Shown: positions 63,877 to 64,000 of the stretch, piece after piece | Numbering within the stretch: position 1 is the stretch's first letter | How the letters are laid out: each line of letters opens with the position of its first letter | DNA from: Bdellovibrionales bacterium | GTDB taxonomy: Bacteria > Bdellovibrionota > Bdellovibrionia > Bdellovibrionales > UBA1609 | DNA: 64,000 bases | NCBI GenBank assembly: GCA_028819305.1 | Contig: JAPPLY010000069.1 | Coordinates: 1,628-65,627, forward strand | Direction: 5' to 3' | Position numbers and translations under genes: made by a program | Notes under the pieces: model-generated | Databases searched by the model: none | Told to the model about the DNA's origin: nothing | What the model saw: only the letters and a program-made list of their open reading frames with translations

Positions 63877-64000
63877 AAAGCTTCATCTATACATTAAGGA
63901 TAGAGTGTCTGATTCTTGCTCACTCTGCCCTTAGCCTCTGCCCTCTGCCTTATATCCTATACTGTTCTCAGTCATTATTGATTTTTTTTGTTTTTTCTTT

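Overview
A 64-kb chromosomal segment from a low-GC diderm bacterium (about one third G+C by eye, standard genetic code). I support about 50 CDS. I found no rRNA gene, convincing tRNA gene, CRISPR array, integrase or intact transposase. Housekeeping content: hpt, lpdA-sucB, purA, gor, two nucleoside-phosphorylase genes, an MTA/SAH-deaminase-like amidohydrolase, purK-purE-grx, fumC, ctaA and bolA. Envelope and transport content: gspC-gspD, a TonB2-type cluster (TonB-dependent receptor, DUF3450, TtpC-like, ExbB, ExbD), a LolC/E-like permease, a DUF1343/NamZ-like enzyme, an M23 peptidase and a PP2C phosphatase. There is a periplasmic SodC plus cytochrome c peroxidase pair, and a Chlamydia-style folate cluster (CADD-like, folB, folK-folP fusion, CofE-like ligase). 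Accessory content: a pilin-like gene split into two frames with a Cys-rich C-terminal part, a high-GC DUF457 islet, a wHTH/nucleotidyltransferase pair with an in-frame stop, Cys-rich lipoproteins with internal duplications, an LRR lipoprotein next to a 1268-aa polytopic orphan protein, a DNA-methylase remnant, and a coiled-coil PD-(D/E)XK protein. The most unusual thing I can see directly is a dense mosaic network of at least four families of short palindromic MITE/REP-like elements, labelled T1-T4 here. They fill almost every spacer longer than 100 bp, nest inside each other, abut start and stop codons, and are twice inserted in frame inside conserved enzyme genes, much like Rickettsia palindromic elements. 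I did not find a discrete classical defence or secretion system that I can call novel with confidence. All repeat coordinates are hand-read and may be off by a few bp.
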